A stretch of DNA of 64,000 nucleotides from Candidatus Marinacidobacterium sp. (GTDB lineage Bacteria; Acidobacteriota; Vicinamibacteria; Marinacidobacterales; Marinacidobacteraceae). This document shows, piece after piece, positions 37,894 through 49,846 of the stretch. The stretch lies in assembly GCA_965220965.1 (NCBI GenBank), contig OZ244852.1, positions 544,001 to 608,000 of the forward strand, in the 5' to 3' direction. The notes beneath the pieces are model-generated. The model was given only the letters and a program-made list of their open reading frames with translations, did not search any database and was not told where the DNA came from. Every line of letters begins with the position of its first letter. Positions within the stretch are counted from its first letter, which is position 1. Made by a program: the position numbers and the translations under genes.

Positions 37894-40521
37894 ATGACGC
37901 TCGAATCGCTCTGGCCGCTCGCGCTGCTCCCGCTTCTGGCCCTCATCGTGGTGGCCGGGCTGCGTTCCGATCTGCGCTGGCCCACCGTCCGCCTCCGGGC
38001 CTCACTGATCCTGCGGCTGCTCGCCGCCGGACTGCTGCTCGCCGCGCTCTGCCGCCCGGTGATCAGCCCCGGCTCCCGCGAGGTCTCGGTGGCCTTCCTG
38101 GTGGATGTGTCCCGCAGCGTCGCGGGTTCCTCGATCCAGGACGCCGTCGAATGGTCGCGGGACACCGCCCGCTCGCTCGGCGCGGCGGACGCCCACTTCG
38201 TCGCCTTCGGGGACCGACCGGTCCCGGTGGAGACCGCGGATGAACTCCTCGGAGTCCAGGTCTTCGACGGTTTCGATTCGGCCGGGCGTCCACCCGACGG
38301 CGCGATCGATCAGGGACGGACGAACATCGAAGCGGCGCTTCGCCACGCCGCCACGCTCTTCCCGCCCGACCGGCTGAAGCGCATCGTCCTCTTCAGCGAC
38401 GGCAGGGAGACCGAGGGCGAGAGCGCGGCGGTCGTCTCGCAGCTCCGGGAAGCCGGCATCCGGGTGTTTCCCGCGCCGTCCGCCGTCCGGAGCGATGGCG
38501 GCGGTTTCGTCTCGGCGCTTCGGCTCTCCGAGTCGCTTCGCGCCGGGGAGATGACCCTCGTCGAGGTGGATGTCTTCTCGGCGTCGGGCGGGGCGGCCGA
38601 TGTCCGGATCCTCGCCGGACCGGCGGATCAGCCGGCGAGCGAGCGGGAAGTCCTGGCGGCGGTGGAGGTGGATCTCCCGACGGGACTCTCGACGGTCCCG
38701 GTTCCGGTGCGCCTCGAGGACGAGGGGATGACCGTCGTCGAGGCGGAGGTCTCGGTCGCCGGCGACCAGCTCGCCGGGAACGACCGCCGGGCCGCCTCCG
38801 TCCCGGTGGGACCGCGGGCGGGCGTCCTTTACGTGGAGGGTCGACCGGAGAGCGCTTCCTACCTGCGGAACGCCCTCGAGTCGGAGGGGGTTGCGGTGCG
38901 CACCGCGCCGCCGCCGGCGCTCGGCCTTCTCGACCTGAACGAGTGGGATGCGGTGGTTCTGAGCGACGTCCCGCCGGAGCGCATTCCCGAGTCCACCATG
39001 CAGCGGATCGCCACTTACGTCCGGGACGACGGAGGGGGCCTGGTGTTCACGGCGGGCGAGTCCAGCTACGGCGAGGACGGGTACTCCGACTCGGTTCTCG
39101 AGGAGGCGCTGCCGGTCGATTTCCAGATCGAGGAGAAGTGGAAGGACCTGTCGCTCCTCATCGTGCTCGACAAGTCCTACAGCATGTACGGCCGCAAGAT
39201 CGCGCTCGCCAAGGAGGCCACCAAGGCGGCGCTCGACCTGCTCGAGGACACCCACCGGTTCGGCGTCGTCACCTTCGACTGGAACCCCTACACCACGATT
39301 CCGCTCCAGATCGTGTCGGACCGGGAGTGGATCAAGGAGGGGATCAGCCGGATCCAGGCCAGCGCCCAGACGAACATCTACCCGGCGCTCGACCGGGCTT
39401 ACGAGCAGCTCCTCGAGAGCCCCTCGAAGGTCAAGCACGTGATCCTGCTCTCCGACGGGAAGACCTATCCGGACGACTACGAGGATCTGGTCACCCGGAT
39501 GGAGGAGGACGAGATCACGATCTCGACGGTCGCGGTGGGTGAGGAGGCCGACCGCGAACTCCTCTCCGACATCGCCGACTGGGGTTCGGGCCGAAGCTAC
39601 TTCATCCGGGACGCGGCCCGGGTCCAGCAGATCTTCGTCGAGGAGACCCAGATCGCCCTCGACGCCACGCTCGTCGAGGAGCCGTTCCACCCGGTGGTCC
39701 GCCAGCGGGCCCGCGTCCTCGACGGGCTGGACTTCGACAACGCCCCCGAGCTCAAGGGGTTCGTCGCGACCATGGCGAAAGACACCGCCGAAGTCCTGCT
39801 GGAGGGTCCGGACGAGGAGCCGCTTCTCGCGCGCTGGCAGTATGGCCTCGGCCGGGTCGCGATGTTCACCTCGGACAGCAAGAACCGCTGGGCGGCGGAC
39901 TGGGTGGAGTGGGACGGCTACGGCAAGTTCTGGGCGCAGGTGGTCCGCGATTCCATGCGGCGCGGTTCGGGCGCCGATGTGGAGTTCGCGGTGGACCGGC
40001 GCGGGAGCTCCGCCGACGTCACGCTGTCGCTCATCGGCGAGGACGGCGCCTACCCCACCGGGGTGGCGCCCGAGCTCGAGGTGCGCTACGCCGGTCTCGT
40101 CGGCCGGACTGCCGTGCGTCAGACCGGGCCGGGTCGTTTCGAGGCCGAGGTGCCGCTGGATCTGCCGCCGGGAAGCGCCGCCGAGTTCCGGATCCTCGCG
40201 GACTCGCTCCCGGACGAGCTGACGGGCGGCGCGGACCTCGAGCGGGCCATCCACCTGAGTTACCCCGACGAGTACCGGTTCCTCCCTCCCGACGAGGAGG
40301 CGATGGCGCGTCTCGCCGCCGAGACCGGCGGGGTGGTGGCGCCCACCCGGGCCCAGGTCCTGGCGGCCGGAACCGACCGGGCGGTTCTCTCGCGGCCGCT
40401 GTGGCCGCTGCTGGCGCTCCTCGCGCTCATCGCCTACCTGCTCGATCTGTCGGTCCGGCGCACTCCCTGGATCTGGAGCCGTCTGGGCCGCCTGGTTCGC
40501 TCCCGCCTCCAGACCGCCTGA
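37894..40521 (+). CDS. Membrane-anchored double-vWA / glutamine amidotransferase-like domain protein
   Basis: N- and C-terminal TM segments, MIDAS motifs DVSRS and DKSYS, FSDG/LSDG, WQYGLGR...FTSD...W. Confidence 0.82.
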   Translation: MTLESLWPLALLPLLALIVVAGLRSDLRWPTVRLRASLILRLLAAGLLLAALCRPVISPGSREVSVAFLVDVSRSVAGSSIQDAVEWSRDTARSLGAADAHFVAFGDRPVPVETADELLGVQVFDGFDSAGRPPDGAIDQGRTNIEAALRHAATLFPPDRLKRIVLFSDGRETEGESAAVVSQLREAGIRVFPAPSAVRSDGGGFVSALRLSESLRAGEMTLVEVDVFSASGGAADVRILAGPADQPASEREVLAAVEVDLPTGLSTVPVPVRLEDEGMTVVEAEVSVAGDQLAGNDRRAASVPVGPRAGVLYVEGRPESASYLRNALESEGVAVRTAPPPALGLLDLNEWDAVVLSDVPPERIPESTMQRIATYVRDDGGGLVFTAGESSYGEDGYSDSVLEEALPVDFQIEEKWKDLSLLIVLDKSYSMYGRKIALAKEATKAALDLLEDTHRFGVVTFDWNPYTTIPLQIVSDREWIKEGISRIQASAQTNIYPALDRAYEQLLESPSKVKHVILLSDGKTYPDDYEDLVTRMEEDEITISTVAVGEEADRELLSDIADWGSGRSYFIRDAARVQQIFVEETQIALDATLVEEPFHPVVRQRARVLDGLDFDNAPELKGFVATMAKDTAEVLLEGPDEEPLLARWQYGLGRVAMFTSDSKNRWAADWVEWDGYGKFWAQVVRDSMRRGSGADVEFAVDRRGSSADVTLSLIGEDGAYPTGVAPELEVRYAGLVGRTAVRQTGPGRFEAEVPLDLPPGSAAEFRILADSLPDELTGGADLERAIHLSYPDEYRFLPPDEEAMARLAAETGGVVAPTRAQVLAAGTDRAVLSRPLWPLLALLALIAYLLDLSVRRTPWIWSRLGRLVRSRLQTA

Positions 40522-40540
40522 GGGCGGCGGCGCTGGTGTC

Positions 40541-41740
40541 TCAGCGCCAGGCGGGGAAGCCGGAAGCGATCGTGAGGAGCTGGATGTTCTCCGTCCCTTC
40601 GTAGATCGTCCCGGCCTTGGCGTCCCGCCACAGCTTCTCGGCGAGGCAGTCCGTCGTGTAGCCGACGCCGCCGTGGATCTCGATCCCGAGCGACGTCACT
40701 CTCTCCGCCATCCGCTGGGCGGTCAGCTTGGCGATCGCCGCCGCGTGGCGCAGGTCATGCCCGTCGTCCGCGAGGCGCGCGGCGTTCCAGGTGGCGAGCC
40801 GGGCGGTCTCGACCGCCGCCGCGGCGTCAGCGAGCGCGAACGCGACCCCCTGGCGCTTCCGGATCGCCTTGCCGAACGTCTCCCGCTCCGCCGCGTAGGC
40901 GGCGGCCAGGTCGAGCGCCGCCTGCCCGATGCCCACGAGCTGCGCCGCGATCCCGATCCGCCCTTCATTCAGGAGCGCCATCGCCAGGCGGCGGCCGCTT
41001 CCGGCCTCGCCCACTACATCGCCGTCGGGAACGAACGCATCCTTCAGGAAGACCGGCGTCGTGCTGGACGCCTTGAGTCCGACCTTCTTCTCGGGCGGCC
41101 CGATATCGACTCCCGGGTTCTCCCGTTCGACGAGGAACGTCGTGATCCCGGCGTCGTCCACCCGGGCGAAGATCAGGAACAGACCCGCCTCCCGACCCCC
41201 GGACACCCAGGCCTTCGAGCCGTTCAGCAGGTAGCCCCCGGAGACCCGCCGGGCGCCGGTGCGAAGAGCGAACGCGTCGCTCCCGGCGTGCGCCTCCGAG
41301 AGCGAGAACGCCCCGATCCTCCCTTCGGCGAGCCCGGGCAGGAAACGGGAACGCTGGTCCGCCGAGCCGAATCGGCTCACCGCCGCCGCGATCAGCGTGT
41401 TGTGGACATCCACCAGCAGCGCCACCGACCCGTCGGCGCGCGCCAGCGACTCCACGGTGAGCGCGACGTCGAAGACCCCCATGCCGAGGCCCCCGAATTC
41501 CTCCGGGATCGCCACGCCGAAGAAGCCTGACTCCGTCAGCTTCCGGAGCACATCGGGCGGGATCGCTCCCGCTTCCTCCATCTCCCGGGAGCGCGGCGCC
41601 AGCTCGCTCTGCGCGAACTCGTGAACCGAGGCCAGGTGGAGCCGCTCGTCGGCCCCGAGGACGCTCAGGGGGTTCGTCCCGTCGCGCTTCGGGAGCGCGG
41701 CGGAGGAGGCGGAGGGGTTGTCGAAGACCTGGACAGACAC
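40541..41740 (-). CDS. Acyl-CoA dehydrogenase (short/branched-chain type)
   Basis: FSLSEAHAGSDA, NGSKAWVS, GRIGIAAQ, IHGGVGY and IYEGTENIQ motifs. Confidence 0.93.
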   Translation of the reverse strand: MSVQVFDNPSASSAALPKRDGTNPLSVLGADERLHLASVHEFAQSELAPRSREMEEAGAIPPDVLRKLTESGFFGVAIPEEFGGLGMGVFDVALTVESLARADGSVALLVDVHNTLIAAAVSRFGSADQRSRFLPGLAEGRIGAFSLSEAHAGSDAFALRTGARRVSGGYLLNGSKAWVSGGREAGLFLIFARVDDAGITTFLVERENPGVDIGPPEKKVGLKASSTTPVFLKDAFVPDGDVVGEAGSGRRLAMALLNEGRIGIAAQLVGIGQAALDLAAAYAAERETFGKAIRKRQGVAFALADAAAAVETARLATWNAARLADDGHDLRHAAAIAKLTAQRMAERVTSLGIEIHGGVGYTTDCLAEKLWRDAKAGTIYEGTENIQLLTIASGFPAWR

Positions 41741-41779
41741 GGCGGAGCGGAGCGGCTCGGACGGACCCTCAGCGAGGGC

Positions 41780-44029
41780 TCAGTATTCCGCGAGGCTGCG
41801 GAACGCTTCGAGCAGGTCCTCGGGCTGAGGCAGGATCGCCCGCTCCAGTCCGGGGCAGTAGGCGACCCAGGTGTCCTGGGCGGCCACCCGCCGGACCGGC
41901 GCGTCGAGTTCCTCGAACAGCTCGTCGGCGATCCGGGCGGCGATTTCCGCGCCGTAGCCGAAGCTCCGGGTGTCCTCGTAGGCCACCAGGACGCGGCTCG
42001 TGCGGCGGACGCTCTCGCGGATCGCGTCCCAGTCGTACGGCGCGAGCGATCGAAGATCGAGGATCTCGACCGAAATGCCGTCCGCCGCCGCCTGCTTCGC
42101 CGCGACCTCGGCCCGGTGGACCAGCGCGCCGTAGGTCACCACCGTGAGGTCCTCGCCGGGACGGACCGTTCGGGCCTTCCCGAACGGAACCATGTAGTCG
42201 GGGCCGGGGTCCAGGCTCTTGTTGTAGGTCTGGCGGTAGAGATGCTTGTGCTCGAGGAAGAGCACCGGATCGTCGCAGCGGAGCGCGGTCCGCAGGAGTC
42301 CGGCGGCGTCCAGCGCCGTCGAGGGCATGACCACCCGGAGTCCGGGGAGGTGGGTGAAGAGGACCTCGGCCGACTGGCTGTGGTACGGCCCGCCGCCGGT
42401 CACGTAGCCGCCCACCGGAACCCGCACGACGAGCGGGGCGCTGTAGGCCCCGTTCGAGCGCCAGCGCAGGCTCGCCAGCTCGTTCCGCACCTGCATGTAG
42501 GAGGGCCACAGGTAGTCGAGGAACTGGATCTCGGCCACCGGCCGCAGTCCGCGGGTGGCCATCCCGGTCCCGACGCCGACGATCGTGGCCTCGGCCAGCG
42601 GGCTGTTGAACACCCGCTCGGAGCCGAACTCGCGCTGGAGGCCGGCGGTGACCTTGAAGACCCCGCCCTTGCCCTTGACCTCGCGGAGGATCTCCTCGCG
42701 GCTGGCGTCGGCCACGTCCTGACCGAAGAGGACGACCCGGGGGTCGCGGGCCATTTCCGAACGGAGGGTGGAGCGGATCAGGTCCACCATGGTGCCCGGC
42801 TTGGCCTCTTCTTCGAACGCTGGCGGGGTGTCGAACTCCGGAGCGCACGGGTCCACCGAGGGGCTGTAGAGGTGGTCCAGCACCGAGTCTTCCGGCGCCC
42901 ACGGCATCGCGAGCGCCTCGGCGGCGGCCCCCGCCACTTCGGTCTGGGTGCGCTTTCTCAGGGCGTCCAGCTCCTCCCGGGCCGCCGCTCCCGAGGCGGT
43001 GAGCCGGTCCCGCAGGCGCAGCAGCGGGTCGCGGCCGCGCTCGCCCTCGAGTTCCGCCTTCGTCTTGTAGTCGCGGTCGTCATCGGAGAGCGAGTGGGAC
43101 TCGAAGCGGACGACCCGGGCCCGGACGAGCGCGGGCCCTTCGCCCGCCCGGGCGTGCGCGAACGCTTCGCTCAGAGTCCGGTGGGACTCTTCGTAGTCGC
43201 ACCCGTCGCACTCGAGCACCTTGAGGTGGGGAAAGCTCGAGACCAGCGAGGCGACGTTGCCGCCAGCCGTCTGGTGCTCCACCGGAACCGAAATCGCGTA
43301 GCCGTTGTCCTCGATCAGGAAGACGACCGGCAGCCGCCGCAGCGCGGCGCTGTTCAGCGCCTCCCAGAATTCCCCCTCGCTGGTGGAGCCGTCGCCGCCG
43401 CAGACCAGGACGATGCCGTCGGGCGCCGCCGGGAGGCCGGGGATTTCATGGCGCGCCAGGTAGCGCTGGGCGTGCGCGACGCCGACCGCATTCAGATACT
43501 GGGTCCCCACGCAGCTCGAGTGGATCGCGAGCCCGAGCGAGCGCTTCGAGAAGTGGGAGGGCATCTGACGCCCGCCGCCCGAAGGCTCGGCCGCGGCGCC
43601 CCAGGCGCTCGCGAGCTGTTCCTTCGGCGTGATGCCCATCCGTGAGGCGAGGGCCCGGTCGCGGTAGTAGGCGAAGGTCCAGTCGTGGTCCGGCCGCAGC
43701 AGGGCGCCGGCGGCGGCGGTGATCGCCTCGTGGCCGATGCTGCTGATCTGGAAGAACGCCTTGTTCTGGCGCTTCAGCGCGATCTCGCGAAGGTCCACCT
43801 CCCGGGACTCGAGCATGGCCCGGTAGGCGTCCTTCAGGTGTTCGACGCTGAGCCCGGCGCCCTCCTCGAGGTCGGGATCGGTCTCCCCGTTGGCGGCGAT
43901 CGTGTCGCGGCCGTTCTCCTCGACCGAGGCCTCCGTGTCCCCCCCGTTGCCGGGGGTCCGGAGGTGAGGTTCTTCGCGGTCCGCCCCGTCCTCCCGGGCC
44001 TCGGTCCGCTGGATGTCCCGCTCTCGCAT
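41780..44029 (-). CDS. Fused 2-oxoacid (2-oxoisovalerate-type) dehydrogenase E1 alpha/beta
   Basis: [24 protein letters not shown] motif, SHSLSDD, then beta-subunit [14 protein letters not shown] and FLEHK motifs. Confidence 0.93.
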   Translation of the reverse strand: MRERDIQRTEAREDGADREEPHLRTPGNGGDTEASVEENGRDTIAANGETDPDLEEGAGLSVEHLKDAYRAMLESREVDLREIALKRQNKAFFQISSIGHEAITAAAGALLRPDHDWTFAYYRDRALASRMGITPKEQLASAWGAAAEPSGGGRQMPSHFSKRSLGLAIHSSCVGTQYLNAVGVAHAQRYLARHEIPGLPAAPDGIVLVCGGDGSTSEGEFWEALNSAALRRLPVVFLIEDNGYAISVPVEHQTAGGNVASLVSSFPHLKVLECDGCDYEESHRTLSEAFAHARAGEGPALVRARVVRFESHSLSDDDRDYKTKAELEGERGRDPLLRLRDRLTASGAAAREELDALRKRTQTEVAGAAAEALAMPWAPEDSVLDHLYSPSVDPCAPEFDTPPAFEEEAKPGTMVDLIRSTLRSEMARDPRVVLFGQDVADASREEILREVKGKGGVFKVTAGLQREFGSERVFNSPLAEATIVGVGTGMATRGLRPVAEIQFLDYLWPSYMQVRNELASLRWRSNGAYSAPLVVRVPVGGYVTGGGPYHSQSAEVLFTHLPGLRVVMPSTALDAAGLLRTALRCDDPVLFLEHKHLYRQTYNKSLDPGPDYMVPFGKARTVRPGEDLTVVTYGALVHRAEVAAKQAAADGISVEILDLRSLAPYDWDAIRESVRRTSRVLVAYEDTRSFGYGAEIAARIADELFEELDAPVRRVAAQDTWVAYCPGLERAILPQPEDLLEAFRSLAEY

Positions 44030-44167
44030 GGTCAATTCCGGCCCCGATGTCCCCGGATCAGGCGCCCCGGGCGGGCGCCCCGACTCCTTCCGCCACCCAC
44101 CGGGAAGGGAGGAACCGAGCGGTCATGACGACGAAATCCCTTCTCACGGCGCACCCGAATCCTAGCA

Positions 44168-44191
44168 GGACGCGGATCGCCTTCCGCGTCC
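44168..44191. terminator. Hairpin downstream of the ferredoxin gene
   Basis: GGACGCGGA-tcgcct-TCCGCGTCC 9-bp perfect stem, adjacent to a minus-strand TGcTAGGAT extended -10 for the E1 gene. Confidence 0.45.
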
Positions 44192-44265
44192 GTCGGGCCC
44201 CGACCGAGCGGACCACGCAGGGCGGCGCCAGGCCGGATTCCGCGGGCCGCCCCTCGCGCGCCGAA

Positions 44266-44616
44266 CTACTTGGCGAGCGCTTCGCCGGGCTTCTTCTCGA
44301 AGAGGCGGTAGTCGAACGAGCGGTCGCGTTCCTCGGCGAGGCGAATGCCCTCGTCGTGCGGGAACATGTGGACCGCGTCGTAGTCCGGCGGGCAGAACTT
44401 GGCGCAGAGCTGGCAGCCGATGCAGGTCTCCACGTTCACTTCGCAGACCTCTCCCACCGCCTTCGGCTCGGGGTCGGGGACGAGCGTGATGCAGTCCTTC
44501 ACCGGGCAGACGGCGATGCACATCTCGCAGCCGCGCCCGAAGCACTTGCCGTGGTCCACGTAGGCGAGGATCTTCGGCTGGCGCTTCCGGGGTCCGGTGA
44601 TCAGGACATCCTGCAT
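44266..44616 (-). CDS. 2[4Fe-4S] dicluster ferredoxin
   Basis: CFGRGCEMCIAVCP and CIGCQLCAKFCP clusters; ATG 44616. Confidence 0.88.
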   Translation of the reverse strand: MQDVLITGPRKRQPKILAYVDHGKCFGRGCEMCIAVCPVKDCITLVPDPEPKAVGEVCEVNVETCIGCQLCAKFCPPDYDAVHMFPHDEGIRLAEERDRSFDYRLFEKKPGEALAK

Positions 44617-44640
44617 GGGCCGGAAGGCTATCATCCGAAC

Positions 44641-45933
44641 GTGCCCCCGACCGACCCGTTCCCGGCGGCGGGAGCGGTCCCGGAGGCGCCGCCGCCCGAC
44701 CCCGGAACGCACTTCCGCAAGGGCCTCGGCCTTCGACCGCAGATCATCGGGCCGCTGACCGAGGACTACCGGGGCCATCTGGTCCGGTTCGCCCGCGAGC
44801 ACGACTACCGCATCCGGGCCGCGGAGCTTCGTTTCCGTCTCGCCCGCGAGTTCGGGTTCTGCTACGGGGTGGACCGGGCCATCGAGTACGCCTACGAGGC
44901 GCGGCTCCGCTTCCCCGACCGGCGCATCTTCCTGACCGGGGAGATCATCCACAACCCCTATGTGAACCGGCGGCTCAACGGATTCGGGATCCGGATCCTC
45001 GACGCCGCCACCGACACCCGGGAGAAGTTCGCCGGCGTCGGGCCGGAGGACGTGGTCCTCCTCCCCGCCTTCGGGGTGCCCACGACGGAGCTCGACGTCC
45101 TGCGCGAGCGGGGAGCGGTGCTGGTGGACACGACCTGCGGCTCGGTGATGAACGTCTGGAAGAACGTGGACCGCTACCGCAAGCAGGGCTTCACGTCGAT
45201 CGTCCACGGCAAGTGGGCGCACGAGGAGACCCGGGCCACCGTCTCCCGCGCCGGGACCTACCTCGTGGTGCGGGACCTCGATGAGGCGGACGACGTGTGC
45301 CGCTACATCGAGGCGGGGACCGCGGCGGCCGCGTCATCCCCCTTCGACCGGGAGGGCTTTCTCCGCCGCTACGCGCCGCACGCCTGCTCCCCGGACTTCG
45401 ACCCGGACACCTCGCTCGAGCGGGTCGGGCTCGCCAACCAGACGACGATGCTGGCGAGCGAATCGCTCGCCATCGCGAGGCGCTTCGGGGAGGCGCTCGA
45501 GCGCCGCTACGGAGAGGAGGAGCTTCCCTCCCGGTTCCGCTCCTTCGACACGATCTGCAGCGCCACCCAGGAACGCCAGGACGCGGTCATCGGGCTGCTC
45601 GAGGAGGACCTCGACCTGGTCCTCGTCATCGGCGGGTTCAACTCCTCGAACACCGCCCACCTCGCCGAGATCTGCGCCCGGAAGTTCCCCGCCTTCCACA
45701 TCGCCGGGCCGGAGTGCCTCCGCTCCGCCGACGAGATCCTCCACCGCGCGCCCACCGGGAAGCCGGGAGTGGGTCGGCAGACCGTCGACCGGGGCTGGTT
45801 TCCGGAGGGGCCGGTGTCGATCGGGATCACCTCGGGGGCCTCGACTCCCGACGTGATGGTCCACCGGACGATCGCCCGGGTCCTCGGCTTCCGGGGTCTC
45901 ACCGAGGACGACTGCCGGCCGGACCCGGCGTGA
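44641..45933 (+). CDS. ispH: 4-hydroxy-3-methylbut-2-enyl diphosphate reductase
   Basis: [42 protein letters not shown] and GASTP motifs; GTG start. Confidence 0.95.
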   Translation: MPPTDPFPAAGAVPEAPPPDPGTHFRKGLGLRPQIIGPLTEDYRGHLVRFAREHDYRIRAAELRFRLAREFGFCYGVDRAIEYAYEARLRFPDRRIFLTGEIIHNPYVNRRLNGFGIRILDAATDTREKFAGVGPEDVVLLPAFGVPTTELDVLRERGAVLVDTTCGSVMNVWKNVDRYRKQGFTSIVHGKWAHEETRATVSRAGTYLVVRDLDEADDVCRYIEAGTAAAASSPFDREGFLRRYAPHACSPDFDPDTSLERVGLANQTTMLASESLAIARRFGEALERRYGEEELPSRFRSFDTICSATQERQDAVIGLLEEDLDLVLVIGGFNSSNTAHLAEICARKFPAFHIAGPECLRSADEILHRAPTGKPGVGRQTVDRGWFPEGPVSIGITSGASTPDVMVHRTIARVLGFRGLTEDDCRPDPA

Positions 45934-45973
45934 CCGCCAGGGGGCGGCGACCCGGCCGGAGGGCGCCGGCGGG

Positions 45974-48148
45974 ATGCGCTCCGCTCACGCCGCGGTCGGG
46001 CCCGCGAGGCCCCTTCCGGAGGGCCCGGTGAAGCCGGAAGGCGGCGTAACCGGCGCCCGCTACGCCGGCCCGGCGGAACGGGCGGCGCCCTACGCCCGGC
46101 CCGGGCTCCCGGCGCCGTGGTCGGCGGCGGAGAGCTCCGCCGCGTTCCGGGTGTCCAGCGAATTCGAGCCCACCGGAGACCAGCCGCGCGCCATCGAGTC
46201 CCTCTCCGAGGGCGTCGTCCGGGGGGATCCACACCAGGTGCTGCTCGGCGTCACCGGGTCGGGGAAGACCTACACGATGGCGCGCGTCATCGAGGCGGTG
46301 AACCGGCCGGCGCTGGTGATCGCCCACAACAAGACGCTCGCCGCGCAGCTCTACCAGGAGTTCCGCGGCTTCTTCCCCGACAACGCCGTCGAGTACTTCG
46401 TCAGCTACTACGACTACTACCAGCCGGAGGCGTACGTTCCGGCGAGCGACACCTACATCGAGAAGGAAGCCACGATCAACGACGAGATCGATCGGCTGCG
46501 GCTCTCGGCGACCCGCTCGCTCTTCGAGCGGCGCGACGTGCTGATCGTGGCGAGCGTCTCCTGCATCTACGGCCTCGGATCCCCCGAGGCCTACTACGGC
46601 ATGCTCGTGGTGTTCGAGGAGGGGGCCGCCTTCCCCTCCCGCCAGGCGCTCCTGCGGAAGCTCGTGGAGATGCAGTACGAGCGGAACGACGCCTCGCTGG
46701 AACGGGGCCGGTTCCGGGTCCGGGGGGACACGATCGAGGTCGTTCCCGGCTACGAGGACCTCGGCCTGCGGGTGCAGCTCTGGGGCGACGAGGTCGAACG
46801 GATCGCCCGGTTCGATCCCCTCACCGGCCGCGAGCTGGCGCGCGAGCGCCGGGCGACGCTCTTCCCGCGCACCCACTACGTCGCCCGGCAGGAAGATCTC
46901 GCCCGGGCGCTGGTCAGCATCCGCGAGGAGCTCGACGAGCACCACCCGAAGCTGGTCGCCGGGGAGAAGCTGCTCGAGGCGCAGCGGCTCATGCAGCGGA
47001 CGCTGTTCGACCTCGACATGCTCGCCGAGTCGGGACACTGCCACGGCATCGAGAACTACTCGCGCCACTTCACCGGGCGGGCCCCCGGGGAGCCGCCGCC
47101 CACCCTGATGGACTACCTGCCGCGCGACATGGTGGTCTTCGTGGACGAGAGCCACCAGACCTACCCCCAGATCCGGGGCATGTTCGCCGGCGATCAGGCG
47201 AGGAAGCGCACGCTCGTGGACCACGGCTTCCGGCTCCCCTCGGCGCTCGACAACCGCCCGCTCTCGTTCGACGAGTGGGAAGAGCGGGTCGGCCAGACGG
47301 TCGCGGTTTCGGCGACCCCGGGTCCCTACGAACTCGAGGCCTCCGCCGGCGTCGTCGTCGAACAGATCATCCGGCCCACCGGTCTGCTCGATCCCTCGGT
47401 CGAGGTCCGCCCGGCGGGCTCCCAGGTCGACGACCTGCTCGCCGAGATCCGGACCACCGTCGCCCGCGGCGAGCGCGTGCTGGTGACCACGCTCACCAAG
47501 CGCATGGCCGAGGACCTGGCCGAGTACTACCATGAGCTCGGAGTCCGCTGCCGCTACATGCACTCGGACATCGACACCCTGGAGCGGGTGCGGCTGTTGC
47601 GATCGCTGCGGCTCGGCGAATTCGACGTGCTGATCGGGATCAACCTGCTCCGGGAGGGGCTCGACCTTCCCGAGGTCTCGCTGGTGGCGATCCTGGACGC
47701 CGACCGCGAGGGGTATCTGAGGTCCGAGGGCGCGCTCATCCAGACGGTGGGAAGGGCGGCGCGCCACCTGGCCGGTCGGGCGCTTCTCTACGCCGATCGC
47801 GAGACCGGGTCGATGGCCCGCGCGCTCGCCGAGACCGGCCGCCGCCGCGCCCTCCAGGAGGCCTACAACGCGGAACACGGCGTCGTCCCCCGCTCGGTCG
47901 TCAAGGAGGTGGCCGATGCGCTCGCGCCGGGGGCCGGCGCCGAGGAAGCGCTCCGCAGCGAGGAGGAAGACTGGGCCCGCGCGGTCGGCCTGTTCGAGCC
48001 GCCGCCGGAGGAGCCGGAGAAGCTGGAGCGCGAAGTGGCCCGTCTGCGGAAGGAGATGAAGAAGGCCGCCCGCGAGCTGGAGTTCGAGCGCGCCGCCCGC
48101 CTGCGCGACCACCTCCGCGAGCTCCAGCACGGCGCCCTGATGCGCTGA
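45974..48148 (+). CDS. uvrB: Excinuclease ABC subunit B
   Basis: [43 protein letters not shown] and C-terminal UVR domain. Start uncertain. Confidence 0.97.
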   Translation: MRSAHAAVGPARPLPEGPVKPEGGVTGARYAGPAERAAPYARPGLPAPWSAAESSAAFRVSSEFEPTGDQPRAIESLSEGVVRGDPHQVLLGVTGSGKTYTMARVIEAVNRPALVIAHNKTLAAQLYQEFRGFFPDNAVEYFVSYYDYYQPEAYVPASDTYIEKEATINDEIDRLRLSATRSLFERRDVLIVASVSCIYGLGSPEAYYGMLVVFEEGAAFPSRQALLRKLVEMQYERNDASLERGRFRVRGDTIEVVPGYEDLGLRVQLWGDEVERIARFDPLTGRELARERRATLFPRTHYVARQEDLARALVSIREELDEHHPKLVAGEKLLEAQRLMQRTLFDLDMLAESGHCHGIENYSRHFTGRAPGEPPPTLMDYLPRDMVVFVDESHQTYPQIRGMFAGDQARKRTLVDHGFRLPSALDNRPLSFDEWEERVGQTVAVSATPGPYELEASAGVVVEQIIRPTGLLDPSVEVRPAGSQVDDLLAEIRTTVARGERVLVTTLTKRMAEDLAEYYHELGVRCRYMHSDIDTLERVRLLRSLRLGEFDVLIGINLLREGLDLPEVSLVAILDADREGYLRSEGALIQTVGRAARHLAGRALLYADRETGSMARALAETGRRRALQEAYNAEHGVVPRSVVKEVADALAPGAGAEEALRSEEEDWARAVGLFEPPPEEPEKLEREVARLRKEMKKAARELEFERAARLRDHLRELQHGALMR

Positions 48149-48192
48149 CGCCGCCTCCTTCCGGGAGTCCGCGGCCGGCGGAGCCCCGCGCA

Positions 48193-48221
48193 TTGCCTCG
48201 GAGCGGCTGGCCACCTAAAAT
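48193..48221 (+). promoter_or_regulatory. sigma70-type promoter of the icd-mdh-sucCD-ndk operon
   Basis: TTGCCT-N17-TAAAAT, about 170 nt upstream of the icd ATG. Confidence 0.65.
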
Positions 48222-48399
48222 TCTCGGGTTCAACGGAGCGGCCGCGCCCTTCCCGGGCGGCTGCCGACGCTCCTTACCCGGCCCGCTCTCCGGCATCCTC
48301 CGGGCCGGGTGCTCCGTGACCGCGTGGCGCTGCGCGCCCGCCCGCTCCCCTCGCCGCTTTCCGCCCGCATTCCGGCGGAAAGCTCCTGACCCAGAGGCC

Positions 48400-49800
<1,401 letters not shown>

Positions 49801-49846
49801 GCCCCGGCCGGGGCGGAGTCCGATCGCAAGCACGGGAGAACGATTC

